From NCBI RefSeq assembly GCF_001194135.2, contig NC_068989.1:41491586-41555585 (forward strand): a stretch of 64,000 nucleotides of DNA. The letters are read 5' to 3'. Of this stretch, positions 60,826 through 64,000 are shown piece by piece (position 1 is the stretch's first letter; every line of letters begins with the position of its first letter). This DNA is from Octopus bimaculoides. Lineage: Eukaryota. The notes under the pieces are model-generated. The model was not told the DNA's origin. It saw nothing but the letters and a program-made list of their open reading frames with translations, and did no database searches. Position numbers and translations under genes: made by a program.

Positions 60826-62544
60826 GTCAAAACAACTATGTTGGTTGTTACAAGTTGACATTGTAAGAGATGTTATAGACCAAACAAAACCATTTTCAGA
60901 GGAGACCCAAGAGCCTTAAGGTGCTGATACAATTGGAATAGTAACATACAAGCCCATCAAGTCTTCAGGTCTCTTTTCAAAGAAGTTTGTGTAAGGTCAT
61001 GTTTCATTAAGCATAATATCTAAATATATTGCATTATAGACAAAATAGATTCTCAATTTTAACATCCTTTGGTTGTTTAAAGTGGGACATGGACTAGTTT
61101 CTTACCTTTATGACAACAACATGGTCTGTACTATCTGACTGAAATCTATGCAAAATCAAAATAACAGAATGTTGGTCTAGACTTTTTGGGTTTATACCAT
61201 TAGATTCAATTTAGATGACATACAAAGGACATACCTCTCATAAGATCAGTTGATTGAAATTTTTAGAAAAGCAATGCAGATCGGAGTGAAATCTGGTCTT
61301 TACTTTCTTCTCTTACATTATTGACCTGTTAATTAATGACATCAACTGTAATACAGATAGCTGAACTTCAGTTTTTAGTTTGTTTATTTAGTATTTTGAC
61401 TGTTAGTGTAAATAGTATCAGTACCACAAAGTTATTGCAGTCAACTGAATCCTTCTTCCAGGTAAAATTATCAGCTAATTTATTGATATTCAGTTGGTAA
61501 TATTTCATTGAAGTAAGGTGGGTGTGACAAGAAAAAGAACAACAACTATAGTATTACTGCTATCTGTCTGTTCACTAGGAAAACTATTGCTGTTTATATA
61601 ACACTAGAACAGACTTGCTGTCGAATGGATCTTGCTGATAGGCAACAGGCTATGGAATAGCTGGAGAAAGATACAGTAGCATAATTGATGATCTCTTTTG
61701 TGTTTTGTAATGTGATGGACTTTTGGGAGTTAAGGTTTTGCAAAGGTCATACTAGTTTAGGATGGTAAATATTCAAAAATATTTGTCAAGAGGAAAAAGT
61801 GATGCTGTGTTATAAAATATGTTGAATATCATCATCTGTGTTTTACATCTGCTTTCCATGCTGGCCTGGGTTGGACAGGTTTCCACAGTCAGCAGTTATT
61901 TTGATGGCACTGCTCACATAGACTGATCAGCAGATTGTATTTCACTTCATGCTTATTTTCCTATGGCCTGATGGATAGCCTTCCTAACATCCATCACTTT
62001 ACGAAGTACACTGTGTGTTCTATTGTGATGCTAGCTTGAGAAAAATGACCATGTCCTCAACAAGGCTAAAGGCTTCCCTTGATCCTGTGTCTCTGCTTTC
62101 TCACCAACCAGTATTCAGAACATTCTTTCAATCATTTATTGTGATTTGACATCTTGGATGTTGCAGAGTACCCTGATGATTTGAATCCCTACTATTCTGT
62201 AAAGTGTTTGTTTACTTAGGGTGACGTGGTTGAGCAAGAACAAGAGTGTGATTGTCAACTCCCTAGCCCTCCCTCCTCAGATGTGTCGCCATAAGTGAAT
62301 ATACACTTGACAGATTGGTAGGAACACTGAAATCTTCAGAGTACATAGCAATCACATTATTGTTGGTGGCACTATAAATCCACTCAAAACGAGAGAACAC
62401 TGATGTCATAAAAAAAAAAACATATTTAGCATATTGTCTTCAACTATGTTTGGTACGGAGGTTTTGGGTTTTCTGATCTGGATAAGACAAATGAGGTTGT
62501 TTAGCCTTAAGGCCTCTGTTTGAACTGACTTATCAAAAGCATTT

Positions 62545-62680
62545 CAGTCATGACCATTTGCCTTTCATTCTTTCGAGGTCGATAAACTAAGTACGAGTTG
62601 CATACTGGGGTCGATCTAATTGACTGGCCCCCTCCCCCAAAATTTCGGGCCTTGTGCCTAGAGTAGAAAAGTTATGACCA
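62545..62680 (+). mobile_element. SINE 3' fragment of a further family
   Basis: GCCTTTCATTCTTTCGAGGTCGATAAACTAAGTAC...TGGGGTCGATCTAATTGACT...CCTTGTGCCTAGAG; related pieces near 25850(-), 26400, 47640, 54200(-), 55740 and 56920. Confidence 0.65.
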
Positions 62681-64000
62681 TTTCTTTTTTTTTTTTGTTT
62701 TTATGTCTAGGCATAATGAATCAATGCTTTTCCTTTATCTTTTAAGATGGTAGGGTTAATTGAAGGAGATTTGGCCACTATTTCTTGCAGTTTGTGATAT
62801 AGAGGCTCTTGGGCTATCAGTTTATTACCTGTGCTTCACTATCTACAAATATTTGACGGATTATGTGACAAAAATCAAGTTGGACAAGTTTAAACTCAAA
62901 AATCTAATCTCGGTTCAGTGTAAACCAGAATTCTGTTTTGGTTATAGAAAAATCCCTATTTGATTGATCATGCTGTCATAAGGCCTAGAATATGATCATA
63001 TTCTAACATTATTATTATTATATATGAAGGATTTGTTCTACAAGAGGACTTAGTTGAAAGATTTATAAATGAAGAAGATAGTTTTTCTCTTGTGGAATCA
63101 CTAGACTAGAGATATCGAGGCTCTTAAATATACCAACAGGAATTCACCACTATGTAAGTTTAAGGACCACATGTATATTATCTATAATATACAGTAAGCT
63201 GATAATTACCAAGCTACCTCATTAAAATCTCTTACTGCTATTTTTCCCATTCTTATGGTTTGAACAAGGTAAAATGACTGAAGATAATGAAAAATCAATG
63301 TTAGCTTGTGTTCTGCTGACTTTGGCTTGATTCTGTGAATATAGAGGATTTTAAGTAATTGCTGAGACAGGTGAACATGATCTTATTGATATACACCTGT
63401 CTTGAAGAAATAACTGGATGTTAAGTCTTGGCTGATGTCTATGGGTGAGGTAATTGCATAGGTTTCAATATAACTAGATGATGCAAGCAAACTGGGGTTA
63501 GTTTATTATAAGTTAGTTTTAAAAGATACCTACAGTAGACTAAAACTGTTAAGATGCTATCAGAACAAACCTGAGAGCCTTGAATTTAATGGAGATAAGA
63601 TTGCGATGCTGAAATACAAACCTGTCCAGTTCTTTTGCAGTTTTCATTTGGTACAATATCTAATATATTTTGTCAGATAGAATAATTTCAGTTTTAATAT
63701 CCCTTGTTTGAAGTAAATTTTAGTATTTTCTTTTTAACTTACACGCTTGACATATAGTAAGATTAAGGTTAATAGTTGGCGTACAGCAAGGTTAACTTCG
63801 AGAGTTAATTTCTGTAATTCATTTTTTGGTTGAAGCCATTTCATTTCTATCACTAATATTATTGAGAAGAGTTATAAATATAGCAATATTATTTCAGTTC
63901 TGTGTATCTGTATCTTGGGCCATACTAAAGGTTAAGTCGGTAAGTTTCATCAAACCACAACCTTTAGAAACAGAGCCAGGCAGATGTAGACAGACATTTG

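Overview
AT-rich, repeat-dense eukaryotic DNA with five assembly gaps. The SINE, LINE and microsatellite landscape points to an octopus/coleoid genome (inference). Two housekeeping genes sit head-to-head with 1,229 bp between their start codons. TRMT13 (tRNA m4X methyltransferase) is on the minus strand: exon 1 at 23063-22881 encodes the CCCH zinc finger, and a 47-nt exon 2 lies at 4237-4191 after an 18.6-kb intron. RAD23 is on the plus strand: its first coding exon at 24293-24358 encodes the UBL N-terminus, and no further RAD23 exon is recognisable in the window. Almost everything else is intronic. TRMT13 intron 1 holds a 5'-truncated fructose-bisphosphate aldolase retrocopy with an 11-bp target-site duplication and no poly(A) tail. 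The introns also carry decayed RTE, CR1, Penelope and zinc-knuckle ORF1 retroelements, Tc1/mariner and hAT remnants, several MITE families and many modular tRNA-derived SINEs. The most interesting non-obvious signals are a minimal type-I hammerhead ribozyme motif in a Penelope-like terminus (8713-8758), long intronic fold-back elements, candidate ATG|GT alternative first exons on both sides of the shared promoter, and a CpG-retaining domain around that promoter. I found no convincing wholly new multi-gene system.
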